From contig JAPLDF010000075.1 in NCBI GenBank assembly GCA_026391835.1, positions 384,422-448,421 on the forward strand: a stretch of 64,000 nt of DNA, written 5' to 3'. The DNA is from Bacteroidota bacterium (GTDB taxonomy: Bacteria; Bacteroidota; Bacteroidia; Bacteroidales; FEN-979). The position numbers were made by a program, and so were the translations under genes. Below are positions 16,567 to 25,180 of this stretch, piece by piece. Within the stretch, counting starts at the first letter, position 1. Each line of letters starts with the position of its first letter. The notes beneath the pieces were generated by a model, which ran no database searches, had not been told where the DNA came from, and saw nothing but the letters and a program-made list of their open reading frames with translations.

Positions 16567-18357
16567 ATGATCGAAACGAAATTACGTGAACGGACCTGTG
16601 AAGCTGTTAAGACATTATATGGTCATGAACTTAACCCGGGCGCAGTCGGGCTGGAAAAAACAAACCGGGAGATAACCGGGGATTTTACCATCGTTGTATT
16701 CCCATTGCTGAAATTATCAAGAAAGTCCCCTGAAGCAACTGCCACGGAAATAGGCACTTTTCTTCAGCAACACATGCCGGAAATCGAATCCTTTCATGTG
16801 ATCAAAGGGTTCCTCAACCTGGTATTGAGCGATCATTTCTGGATGAAATTCCTTTCAAAGAACATGGTTAATCCGGATTTTGGATTCCTGAAAAGCCGCC
16901 ACGAACGTCCTGTTGTACTTGAATATTCCAGTCCAAACACCAACAAGCCACTGCATCTGGGCCATATCCGAAACAACCTGCTTGGTTTTTCCCTCGCCGA
17001 AATATTGAAGGCGAACGGGCATAAAGTGATAAAGGTGAACCTGGTGAACGACCGGGGCATCCACATCTGCAAGTCCATGCTGGCTTACATGAAGTGGGGC
17101 AACAATGAAACTCCCGGAACGACCGGGCTGAAAGGTGATCACCTTATCGGGAAATATTACGTACTGTTTAATAAAAACTACAAAACTGAAGTTCACGACC
17201 TGATTGAGAAAGGTCTTACCGAAGAAGAGGCAGAAAGGCAGGCGCCCCTCATCGTTGAAGCACAGGAGATTTTGCTGAAATGGGAAGCAAAAGATCCTGA
17301 AACAGTTGATTTATGGAAACGGATGAACGGATGGGCCTACGATGGGTTTGATGTCACCTACCGTCGCCTCGGCGTTGATTTCGACCATATTTATTATGAA
17401 AGTGAAACCTACCTCCTTGGTAAATATCTTGTGATGGGGGGACTTGAGCAGGGTGTGCTGGTTCAGAAGGAGGATGGCAGCATATGGGCCGACCTGAAAG
17501 ATGAGGGACTGGATGAAAAACTGCTGCTCCGGGCCGACGGTACTTCTGTTTACATGACGCAGGACCTCGGCACGGCCCAACTCCGTTTTGATGATTACCA
17601 TCCCTCATCCATGATTTATGTTGTGGGAAACGAACAGAATTATCACTTTGATGTACTCAAAAAAGTGCTGGCCCGTTTTGGCAAGGAATACAGCGAACAT
17701 ATCCTTCACCTTTCCTATGGGATGGTCGAACTTCCGCAGGGAAAGATGAAGTCACGCGAAGGTACCGTGGTAGATGCCGACGACCTGATGGACGAGATGT
17801 ACCAAACTGCCGAAGAAACCACCCGCGAACTTGGCAAAGCAAATGAACTTTCGGATGATGATGCAGCCGGTTTATTTAAAACCATCGGCATGGGGGCGTT
17901 AAAGTATTTTATACTGAAGGTCGATCCAAAAAAGAACATGCTGTTTGATCCTGCAGAGTCGATCGATTTCAACGGAAATACCGGCCCGTTTATGCAATAT
18001 ACCTATGCACGCATACAATCTTTGCTGGCCCGGGCCGGTTCGGCTGGTTATCTTTGGGAGGATGCAGTGCTTCCGGTACAAACACCTTTACTGCCGCTTG
18101 AAAAGGAGGCCATCAAACGATTATATCAGTTCCAGGAAACAATTATCACGGCCGGAGATGAGTTAAGCCCCGCCATCGTTGCCAACTATCTTTTTGACCT
18201 GGCCAAAGGCTTTAACCAGTTCTACCAGGAGCTTCCCGTTTTAAAGGAAGCCGACCAGCAAAAGGTGCTGCTGCGTATCTGGATCTCAAGGTTTACCGGC
18301 GACATCATTAAAAAATCAATGAAACTCCTGGGTATTGAAGTGCCGGAACGGATGTGA
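16567..18357 (+). CDS. argS: arginine--tRNA ligase
   Basis: 596 aa with the class I HIGH-type motif (SSPNTNKPLHLGHIRNN) and a C-terminal anticodon-binding region ending ...LGIEVPERM. Confidence 0.92.
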   Translation: MIETKLRERTCEAVKTLYGHELNPGAVGLEKTNREITGDFTIVVFPLLKLSRKSPEATATEIGTFLQQHMPEIESFHVIKGFLNLVLSDHFWMKFLSKNMVNPDFGFLKSRHERPVVLEYSSPNTNKPLHLGHIRNNLLGFSLAEILKANGHKVIKVNLVNDRGIHICKSMLAYMKWGNNETPGTTGLKGDHLIGKYYVLFNKNYKTEVHDLIEKGLTEEEAERQAPLIVEAQEILLKWEAKDPETVDLWKRMNGWAYDGFDVTYRRLGVDFDHIYYESETYLLGKYLVMGGLEQGVLVQKEDGSIWADLKDEGLDEKLLLRADGTSVYMTQDLGTAQLRFDDYHPSSMIYVVGNEQNYHFDVLKKVLARFGKEYSEHILHLSYGMVELPQGKMKSREGTVVDADDLMDEMYQTAEETTRELGKANELSDDDAAGLFKTIGMGALKYFILKVDPKKNMLFDPAESIDFNGNTGPFMQYTYARIQSLLARAGSAGYLWEDAVLPVQTPLLPLEKEAIKRLYQFQETIITAGDELSPAIVANYLFDLAKGFNQFYQELPVLKEADQQKVLLRIWISRFTGDIIKKSMKLLGIEVPERM

Positions 18358-18373
18358 AAACAGTAATGTAAAT

Positions 18374-18412
18374 AAAAAAGGCTGTCTCCGATTGAAAGAG
18401 ACAGCCTTTTTT
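18374..18412. terminator. bidirectional rho-independent terminator
   Basis: 10-bp stem aggctgtctc/gagacagcct flanked by an A-run (left) and a T-run (right). It sits between convergent argS and the T9SS-cargo gene. Confidence 0.8.
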
Positions 18413-18428
18413 ATTTAAAAGTAAAGTA

Positions 18429-19997
18429 CTATTTGATGACGATTTTCTTGTTGACAAGTCCGTCTGCCATTTTAAGTCTCAGGTTGTATACGCCTGATTT
18501 CAGATCAGATGTGTTGATGGTAACGTTTGTATTATCAGCCTTCTGGCTGATAACAATCTGTCCAACCATATTAGTAACGGTCACTTCCGAAATATTCACT
18601 GAACCCTGGATGTTAAGAACATCTTTGGCAGGATTTGGGAATACGGAAACAGTAGCTGCTGAATTTTCACCAACGCCTACACCGCCAACATAAATCAAAC
18701 CGGTTTTTACCTTCGTGGTTACTCCCCAAGAGTTGGTAACGGTCAAAGTAACATTATAGGTGCCAGGGGTGTTGTAAACAATTGAAGGATGCCTGTTTGT
18801 TGAGGTGGCAGGAGTTCCGCCCTGGAATGCCCAGCTGACGGTTGAGGTGGAATGGGCACCGTTGGTGATGGTATACTTCACAGTACCACCTTTGATAACG
18901 GCTACCAGGTCGGATGTAAAATCGCATGGGGCAAGAATGCCAATGAATTTAAACATACCACCGGTTGTAGCGTCGACATTGAATCCGCCGGCCCAGCCTG
19001 TTGAATCATTCACCCAGTCGGTTCCTAAGAATTGTGTGCCAATGGTAGCAGCCATGTCATTCCATGCAACTGCATCGTTAAAGGAATAGGTAACTCCCGT
19101 AAATCCGGTAGCAGCACCTGTTGAAACCCATGTACTTGGTGTGCCGGGGATGTAGCCCATGTCGTTTGTGAATACATTTCCTGTGGTTGTGATTGCAGCC
19201 CAGGTAGTTCCGCCATCAGTTGTTTTAACCATGGCGCCTGTTGTGGCAGCACTTCTGTCGGCACCAATGCCAACTGAACCGCTACGGAAGAAAGGCTGTG
19301 TGCCTTTGGCGCTCCAGCCTGTGATGGCTGACATTGTCCAGTTATGTCCGTTATCAATTGATTTAAATACGCGTCCTTTGGTTGTGCCAAACCAGGTGGT
19401 ATCACCTATTGAAGAATAATATCCGACGGTTCCGTATTCACCGCTCAGTGCATTGGGGATATTTGCACCCGGGACAGCAGTCCATGTGGTTCCGCCATCA
19501 TCTGTAGTGTAAATTTCAAACTCGCCGCCAATAGGATCTCCCATGCAATAACCAAGGTTCTGATCCCAGAAATAAACAACATTGATAAAAGATGAACTGC
19601 CGTATGCTGCAGTAGCCTGGCGTGTCCAGGTCAATCCGCCATCGGTGGTTTTGTAAACGCCCTGACCGGTCGTTACCGCTCCCGGGGGATACATGGCTAC
19701 CCATGCCTTGTCGGCATCATACGCACAAACGTTTGCAATGTCAAGGCCGGTTGCTCCGGTAATGGTGCGTGGTGTCCACAGGGTTCCTCCATTGGAGGTA
19801 ACAGTGACTTCCTGGCAGGGAGCAGCACCGCCACTGCCATCATAGGCAGTTGCCCATACAACCTGGTCATTAACAGCATAAACGCATCTGATCCCCCGGC
19901 TTGCTGTGGTAAAACCGGTGGCCTGTTCAGTCCATTGGGCAAGTACACCCAGAGACAATGCCATGATGGCAACGAATGAAAGTAAAATTTTCTTCAT
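18429..19997 (-). CDS. secreted BNR/Asp-box beta-propeller protein with PKD domain and T9SS C-terminal sorting domain
   Basis: Start trimmed to MKKILLSFVAIMALSLGVLAQ. Repeated SxDxGxTW boxes (TSNGGTLW, TTDGGLTW, TDDGGTTW, SIDNGHNW, TTDGGTTW). PKD-like NTPGTYNVTLTVTNSWG. C-terminal VFPNPAKDVLNI...GVYNLRLKM...KKIVIK. Confidence 0.8.
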   Translation of the reverse strand: MKKILLSFVAIMALSLGVLAQWTEQATGFTTASRGIRCVYAVNDQVVWATAYDGSGGAAPCQEVTVTSNGGTLWTPRTITGATGLDIANVCAYDADKAWVAMYPPGAVTTGQGVYKTTDGGLTWTRQATAAYGSSSFINVVYFWDQNLGYCMGDPIGGEFEIYTTDDGGTTWTAVPGANIPNALSGEYGTVGYYSSIGDTTWFGTTKGRVFKSIDNGHNWTMSAITGWSAKGTQPFFRSGSVGIGADRSAATTGAMVKTTDGGTTWAAITTTGNVFTNDMGYIPGTPSTWVSTGAATGFTGVTYSFNDAVAWNDMAATIGTQFLGTDWVNDSTGWAGGFNVDATTGGMFKFIGILAPCDFTSDLVAVIKGGTVKYTITNGAHSTSTVSWAFQGGTPATSTNRHPSIVYNTPGTYNVTLTVTNSWGVTTKVKTGLIYVGGVGVGENSAATVSVFPNPAKDVLNIQGSVNISEVTVTNMVGQIVISQKADNTNVTINTSDLKSGVYNLRLKMADGLVNKKIVIK

Positions 19998-20172
19998 AAT
20001 TTGAAATTTTGTGAGGTTTGAATATTTAGACAAAAATACAATGTTTTTTATTGCTGTCAATGGCTGGCGAAAAAAAAAACGCTATAAATAGGTATTTATA
20101 AACCTGGCCGGCGAAAATGGGCAAAAACCCCGGGCTTTGCCGCGGTCGTTGTTCAGAGTCAAGATAAATTCC

Positions 20173-20180
20173 TAATTTTG
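20173..20180 (+). promoter_or_regulatory. Bacteroidota -7 promoter box (TAATTTTG)
   Basis: Matches TAnnTTTG; lies about 145 nt upstream of the ffh ATG. Confidence 0.4.
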
Positions 20181-20251
20181 CAAAAAATTCCGGATCGGCG
20201 GCCTTAGTTACCCTGTTACTTTTTGACACAGCAACCTCGTTGCCCTATTAC

Positions 20252-20283
20252 CTTGTCACCATGTCACCTTGTAACCCTGTCAC
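20252..20283 (+). repeat. octanucleotide tandem array, 4 units (CTTGTCAC CATGTCAC CTTGTAAC CCTGTCAC)
   Basis: Read directly. It sits in the presumed ffh 5' leader and generates the spurious LSPCHLVTLSP N-terminal extension of ORF 20223. Confidence 0.9.
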
Positions 20284-20324
20284 CATTCAGTTCGCTGTTC
20301 ACCGGAAAACTAACAAATCATAAA

Positions 20325-21662
20325 ATGTTTGAAGGATTAAGTGATAAACTCGACCGTGCGTTCAAAGTCCTCAAAGGACATGGACACATCACGGAGATCA
20401 ATGTGGCTGATACGCTGAAAGATGTCAGAAAAGCGCTGCTCGATGCCGACGTAAGTTTTAAAATTGCCAAGCAGTTTACCGATTCGGTCAAGGATAAGGC
20501 GCTTGGGCAAAACGTATTGACCGCTGTTTCTCCCGGCCAGCTCATGGTTAAAATCGTTCACGACGAACTTGTCAGCCTCATGGGGGGACAGAAATCGGAA
20601 CTGAATATAAAGGGGGAACCTGCCGTCATCCTGGTTGCAGGATTGCAGGGGTCTGGGAAGACCACCTTTACCGCCAAACTGGCAAATTACCTTAAAACAA
20701 AAAAAGGAAAACGCCCATTGCTTGTTGCCTGCGACGTTTACCGCCCCGCCGCCATCGAGCAGCTGAAAGTGCTCGGTCAGCAGATCGAAGTGGATGTTTA
20801 TTCGGAGGATGCGGCCAATGACCCTGTAAAAATTGCCAAACGCTCAATCGCTCATGCGAAAGAGAAGGGATATAATGTAGTGATTGTTGATACTGCCGGC
20901 CGCCTGGCCATCGATGAGCAGATGATGGACGAGATCGCCAATATCAAGGGTGCCGTCAATCCCCAGGAAACGCTGTTTGTTGTGGATGCCATGACCGGGC
21001 AGGATGCTGTGAATACTGCAAAAGCCTTTAATGAACGCCTCGATTATGAAGGTGTTGTTTTAACCAAGCTGGATGGAGATACCCGGGGTGGAGCTGCGCT
21101 GAGTATAAAATCTATCGTCAACAAGCCCATTAAATTCGTCGGACTTGGCGAAAAGATGGAGGCCATCGATATTTTTTATCCCGAACGTATGGCCGACCGC
21201 ATCCTGGGCATGGGCGACATCGTTTCGCTGGTTGAAAAAGCCCAGGAACAGTTTGATGAAGAGGAAGCCCAGAAACTTCAGAAGAGGATCGCCCGGAACC
21301 AGTTCGATTTCAATGACTTTCTTGCCCAGATCAAGCAGATAAAGAAGATGGGCAATGTAAAAGACCTTCTGGGCATGATTCCCGGTATGGGAAAGGCCAT
21401 CAAGAACCTGGAGATCGACGACAACGCCTTCAAGGGGATCGAGGCCATCATCCATTCGATGACACCCGACGAACGGGTTAATCCTGCCGTGTTAAACGGG
21501 AGCAGGCGTAAACGCATTGCAACCGGATCGGGAACCAGCATCCAGGATGTAAACCGGCTGATCAAGCAATTTGATGATACCCGGAAAATGATGAAGATGG
21601 TCACTGCCAACAAGGGAAAAAACATGGCCAACGTCATGCGGAACATGAAAAACATGAACTAA
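20325..21662 (+). CDS. ffh: signal recognition particle protein Ffh
   Basis: Start moved to M35 of the ORF (MFEGLSDKLDRAFKVLKGHG, a canonical Ffh N-terminus). GTPase motifs GLQGSGKTT, DTAGR and TKLDGD, and a methionine-rich M domain. Confidence 0.93.
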   Translation: MFEGLSDKLDRAFKVLKGHGHITEINVADTLKDVRKALLDADVSFKIAKQFTDSVKDKALGQNVLTAVSPGQLMVKIVHDELVSLMGGQKSELNIKGEPAVILVAGLQGSGKTTFTAKLANYLKTKKGKRPLLVACDVYRPAAIEQLKVLGQQIEVDVYSEDAANDPVKIAKRSIAHAKEKGYNVVIVDTAGRLAIDEQMMDEIANIKGAVNPQETLFVVDAMTGQDAVNTAKAFNERLDYEGVVLTKLDGDTRGGAALSIKSIVNKPIKFVGLGEKMEAIDIFYPERMADRILGMGDIVSLVEKAQEQFDEEEAQKLQKRIARNQFDFNDFLAQIKQIKKMGNVKDLLGMIPGMGKAIKNLEIDDNAFKGIEAIIHSMTPDERVNPAVLNGSRRKRIATGSGTSIQDVNRLIKQFDDTRKMMKMVTANKGKNMANVMRNMKNMN

Positions 21663-21672
21663 GATTTATCAG

Positions 21673-22554
21673 ATGAAACTACTTGATGGCAAACTGATTG
21701 CAGACCAGATTAAAACTGAAATCGCCACAGAGGTCAAGGAACAGTTTTTGGACAAAGGAATTGAACCGCCACACATTGCGGCTGTTCTGGTGGGGGAGGA
21801 CCCTGCAAGCCTTACTTACGTTGCATCAAAAGAGAAAGCATGCCATGAAGTAGGCTTTGTCTCCTCCGTTTACCGCTATCCGGCAAATATTACCCAGGAA
21901 AAGCTGCTTGAGGTGGTCGATTTTCTGAATGCAGATAATGAAATCGATGGGTTCATCGTCCAGCTTCCGCTTCCTGACCATATCGACGAACATGTAATTA
22001 TTGAAAGAATCGATCCGCGCAAGGATATAGATGGGTTTCACCCGGTCAACCTCGGGAAAATGGTGCTGAACCTGCCCTGTTTTTTACCCGCGACCCCTTA
22101 TGGTATCATTACCCTGCTTGAACGGTACAACATCGAGACGGCAGGAAAAAACATCGTTGTGCTCGGGCGCAGTCACATCGTCGGAACCCCGGTCAGTATC
22201 CTGCTTTCGCGCAAGTCAAATCCGGGGAATGCAACTGTGACACTGTGTCACAGCTATTCAAAAGATATTCCAGCCATTGCAGCCCGGGCCGACATACTCA
22301 TCGTTGCGATGGGCAAACAGGGATTTGTCACAGCCGATATGGTGAAACAGGATGCCGTGGTTATCGATGTCGGGGTTCACCGCGTTCCTTCGACTGAAAC
22401 CAAGTCGGGGTTCAGGCTGATGGGTGATGTCGATTTTGACAGGGTTTCACGAAAATGCAGTTACATTACCCCGGTTCCGGGTGGCGTAGGGCCGATGACC
22501 ATCGTATCCCTGCTGCGGAATACGCTAAGGGCGGCAAAAAAGGAAGTAAATTAG
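21673..22554 (+). CDS. folD: bifunctional methylenetetrahydrofolate dehydrogenase/cyclohydrolase
   Basis: 293 aa: MKLLDGKLIA...YVASKEKAC...GFIVQLPLP...GRSHIVGTPV...PVPGGVGPMT. Confidence 0.92.
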   Translation: MKLLDGKLIADQIKTEIATEVKEQFLDKGIEPPHIAAVLVGEDPASLTYVASKEKACHEVGFVSSVYRYPANITQEKLLEVVDFLNADNEIDGFIVQLPLPDHIDEHVIIERIDPRKDIDGFHPVNLGKMVLNLPCFLPATPYGIITLLERYNIETAGKNIVVLGRSHIVGTPVSILLSRKSNPGNATVTLCHSYSKDIPAIAARADILIVAMGKQGFVTADMVKQDAVVIDVGVHRVPSTETKSGFRLMGDVDFDRVSRKCSYITPVPGGVGPMTIVSLLRNTLRAAKKEVN

Positions 22555-22559
22555 AGCTA

Positions 22560-23192
22560 TTGGAAGAAACAACATATAAGTTATTGCAGGAAGGCAGAGT
22601 TCTTCCTGTGATGGAGGAGTTTTACACCCTCCAGGGTGAAGGATTCAATACCGGGCAGGCAGCATATTTTATTCGTGTTGGCGGGTGCGATGTCGGGTGC
22701 AAATGGTGCGATGTGAAAGAGTCGTGGAATGCCACTGATTTCCCGCCGGTCTCTACAGACCTGGTAGTTGCGCATGCAACATCCTACCCGGCCAGGGCCA
22801 TCGTCGTAACAGGAGGAGAGCCCTTGTTGTACAACATGGATTACCTCTGCGGAGAGTTGCATATCAGGGGCATCCGGATTTTTCTTGAAACATCCGGGTC
22901 ACAGCCGCTCAGCGGAAACTGGGACTGGATTTGCGTTTCCCCGAAAAAAGATGCCCCTCCGATGAAAGAGGTCATCGCACAAGCCAGTGAACTGAAAGTG
23001 ATCATTCATGACAATACCGATTTTCAGTGGGGGGAGGAGAATGCATTGTTCGTTTCACAGGAATGCATCCTATTTCTGCAGCCTGAATGGAGCAAGCATG
23101 AAGTTATGATGCCCGAAATCATCAGCTATATCCAGGCGAATCCAAAATGGAGGATCTCCCTCCAGAGCCATAAATACATGCATATCCCATGA
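22560..23192 (+). CDS. queE: 7-carboxy-7-deazaguanine synthase (radical SAM)
   Basis: EEFYTLQGEGFNTGQAAYFIRVGGCDVGCKWCD (CxxxCxxC). The start is uncertain: TTG at 22560 just after the folD stop is favoured, ATG at 22611 is an alternative, and the ORF-track start at 22455 overlaps folD by 100 nt and is rejected. Confidence 0.8.
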   Translation: MEETTYKLLQEGRVLPVMEEFYTLQGEGFNTGQAAYFIRVGGCDVGCKWCDVKESWNATDFPPVSTDLVVAHATSYPARAIVVTGGEPLLYNMDYLCGELHIRGIRIFLETSGSQPLSGNWDWICVSPKKDAPPMKEVIAQASELKVIIHDNTDFQWGEENALFVSQECILFLQPEWSKHEVMMPEIISYIQANPKWRISLQSHKYMHIP

Positions 23193-25135
23193 TCCCCGCA
23201 CGATTTTTCCTTGCATTTGTCATTTGTCATTTGTCATTTGTCGTTGCCTTTGGCCAGGGACAACATTTTTCAACCCGTGACAAGAAAGCGGAGAAATTGT
23301 TTTACCAGGCAATTGATTCATACCAGGGACAATTTTTAGACAAAGCGGCTGCAGAAGTAAAGAAGGCGCTCGACCAGGATCCGCTTTTCACGGAAGCATA
23401 CATCCTGCAGGGGGATATCTTTGCGGATAAAAGGCAATATGAAAAGGCCATTGATTCGTACCAGTCGGCTGTCCAGACCAACAACCCGTTTTCGCCAAAT
23501 CTATATTATGTCCTGGCCAACATGCAGTTAACCATCGGCAGGTATGCCGATTCGAGATCAAATTTTCAACGTTTCCTTGAAACAGACCAGCTTCCCGAAC
23601 CAAAAAGGCAGCAGGCCGAAAAGGCCATGCGAAATTGTGAATTTGCGCTGAAATGCATTGCAAATCCTGTACCCTTCGCACCGGTGAACATGGGCGATAG
23701 CATCAATACCAGATACGATGAGTATATCAATGCTGTTACACCCGATGAAGAGTGGCTCTATTTTACCCGCAAAAATCCGCGGGATGCGCAAACCATTGAC
23801 CAGGCCCAGGAGTTTGAAGAGGAATTTTACTTTACAAGGCAGGTCGATTCCACCTGGCTAACAGCCTTGAACCTTGGCGCTCCCATAAACACACACGGCA
23901 ATGAAGGTGCACTCAACATTTCCCCCGATGGGAACTATCTTTTTTTTGCCGCCTGCAACCGCGATGACGGCTATGGGAGTTGTGATATTTACTGGTCCAG
24001 GCATGTCGGAAACAAGTGGTCGGAGCCTGAGAACCTTGGCGGGGTGGTAAATTCAGCCCAGTGGGATTCCCAGCCATCCTTCTCATCCGATGGCAAAACC
24101 CTCTATTTTGCCAGCAAGCGCCCGGGAGGCAAGGGAAGCTCGGATATCTGGAAATCGCAGCTTCAGCCTGATGGCCAATGGAGTGTGCCTGTCAACCTGG
24201 GTGACCTTGTAAATACCAGGGCTGAGGAGATGGCTCCGTTTATACATCCCGATGATCAGACGCTCTATTTTTCTTCAAAAGGGCACCCGGGGCTTGGCGG
24301 GTATGACCTCTATTTTTCCCGGAAGCAGGTGGACAGTGACTGGGGGCAGCCGGTAAACATGGGATACCCGATAAATACTTTTGCAGATGAGATCACCCTG
24401 GTGGTCAATGCAAAAGGGAACCTGGCCTATATTTCATCAGATAAGTTTGGCGGGAAAGGGCGGCAGGATGTCTACCAGTTCCCGCTTTACCGGGAGGCTA
24501 GGCCATTGCTGACGACCTATTTCAAGGGGATCGTCTATGATGTCGAAACAAAAGAAAAACTGGAGGCCAGTTTCGAACTGATCGACCTGACTAATTCAAA
24601 AACCTGCGCAAGGGCCTCGTCCGATAAAGTTACCGGGGCGTTTTTGCTGGTTCTGCCTACTGAGAAAAACTATGCGCTGAATGTTTCCAGGGAGGGCTAT
24701 CTCTTCTTTTCCGACAATTTTTTTCTGACAGGGACCAATTTACAGGGGAAACCGTTTTTGAAAAATATTCCGCTCAAACCGATCAAAATAGGCGAGACGG
24801 TTGTACTGAAAAACATTTTCTTTGACACGGATAAATATATCCTGAAAGATGAGTCACTTGCCGAACTCCAGAAACTTATCGGCTTTATCAGGGATAATCC
24901 GAAACTTAAAATCGAGATCAGCGGACATACCGACAACGTCGGGAGTGCCGAACACAACCTCGAACTTTCCAGGAACAGGGCAAATGCAGTCTGCGAATTT
25001 CTCATCCAGCATAACATCGCAAAGACCGCACTGTCTTATGCCGGTTATGGATTCAGCCAGCCCATCGACGTCAATACCACCGAGCAGGGGAGAGCGAATA
25101 ACCGCCGCACTGAATTTAAAGTAGTGGGGAATTAA
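23189..25135 (+). CDS. OmpA-family protein with TPR and PD40/TolB-like beta-propeller repeats
   Basis: 648 aa with a signal peptide. PD40-like repeats (SPDGNYLFFA, SSDGKTLYFAS, HPDDQTLYFSS). OmpA_C motif NIFFDTDKY...ISGHTDNVGSAEHNLELSRNRANAV...NRRTEFKV. ATGA overlap with queE. Confidence 0.85.
   Translation: MIPARFFLAFVICHLSFVVAFGQGQHFSTRDKKAEKLFYQAIDSYQGQFLDKAAAEVKKALDQDPLFTEAYILQGDIFADKRQYEKAIDSYQSAVQTNNPFSPNLYYVLANMQLTIGRYADSRSNFQRFLETDQLPEPKRQQAEKAMRNCEFALKCIANPVPFAPVNMGDSINTRYDEYINAVTPDEEWLYFTRKNPRDAQTIDQAQEFEEEFYFTRQVDSTWLTALNLGAPINTHGNEGALNISPDGNYLFFAACNRDDGYGSCDIYWSRHVGNKWSEPENLGGVVNSAQWDSQPSFSSDGKTLYFASKRPGGKGSSDIWKSQLQPDGQWSVPVNLGDLVNTRAEEMAPFIHPDDQTLYFSSKGHPGLGGYDLYFSRKQVDSDWGQPVNMGYPINTFADEITLVVNAKGNLAYISSDKFGGKGRQDVYQFPLYREARPLLTTYFKGIVYDVETKEKLEASFELIDLTNSKTCARASSDKVTGAFLLVLPTEKNYALNVSREGYLFFSDNFFLTGTNLQGKPFLKNIPLKPIKIGETVVLKNIFFDTDKYILKDESLAELQKLIGFIRDNPKLKIEISGHTDNVGSAEHNLELSRNRANAVCEFLIQHNIAKTALSYAGYGFSQPIDVNTTEQGRANNRRTEFKVVGN
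23214..23241 (+). repeat. heptanucleotide tandem array, 4x CATTTGT, inside the signal-peptide coding region
   Basis: Read directly; it encodes the FVICHLSFV part of the signal peptide, starting 25 nt after the ATG. Confidence 0.95.
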
Positions 25136-25138
25136 ATT

Positions 25139-25154
25139 TATATTTGTACCTTTG
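25139..25154 (+). promoter_or_regulatory. two adjacent -7 promoter boxes (TATATTTG, TACCTTTG)
   Basis: Both match TAnnTTTG; they lie 26-34 nt upstream of the thrS ATG. Confidence 0.5.
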
Positions 25155-25180
25155 CACCCCTTAAAATCCTACATTGTTAC

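Noticed and set aside
20223-20324. TTG-initiated 34-codon N-terminal extension of ffh
   Set aside because: It is encoded by the octamer tandem array (ITLSPCHLVTLSP). The canonical Ffh N-terminus MFEGLSDKL begins at 20325.
22455-22559. Upstream ATG start for queE overlapping folD by 100 nt
   Set aside because: The extension has no QueE-like sequence and lies entirely inside folD. TTG 22560 or ATG 22611 give a normal-length QueE.
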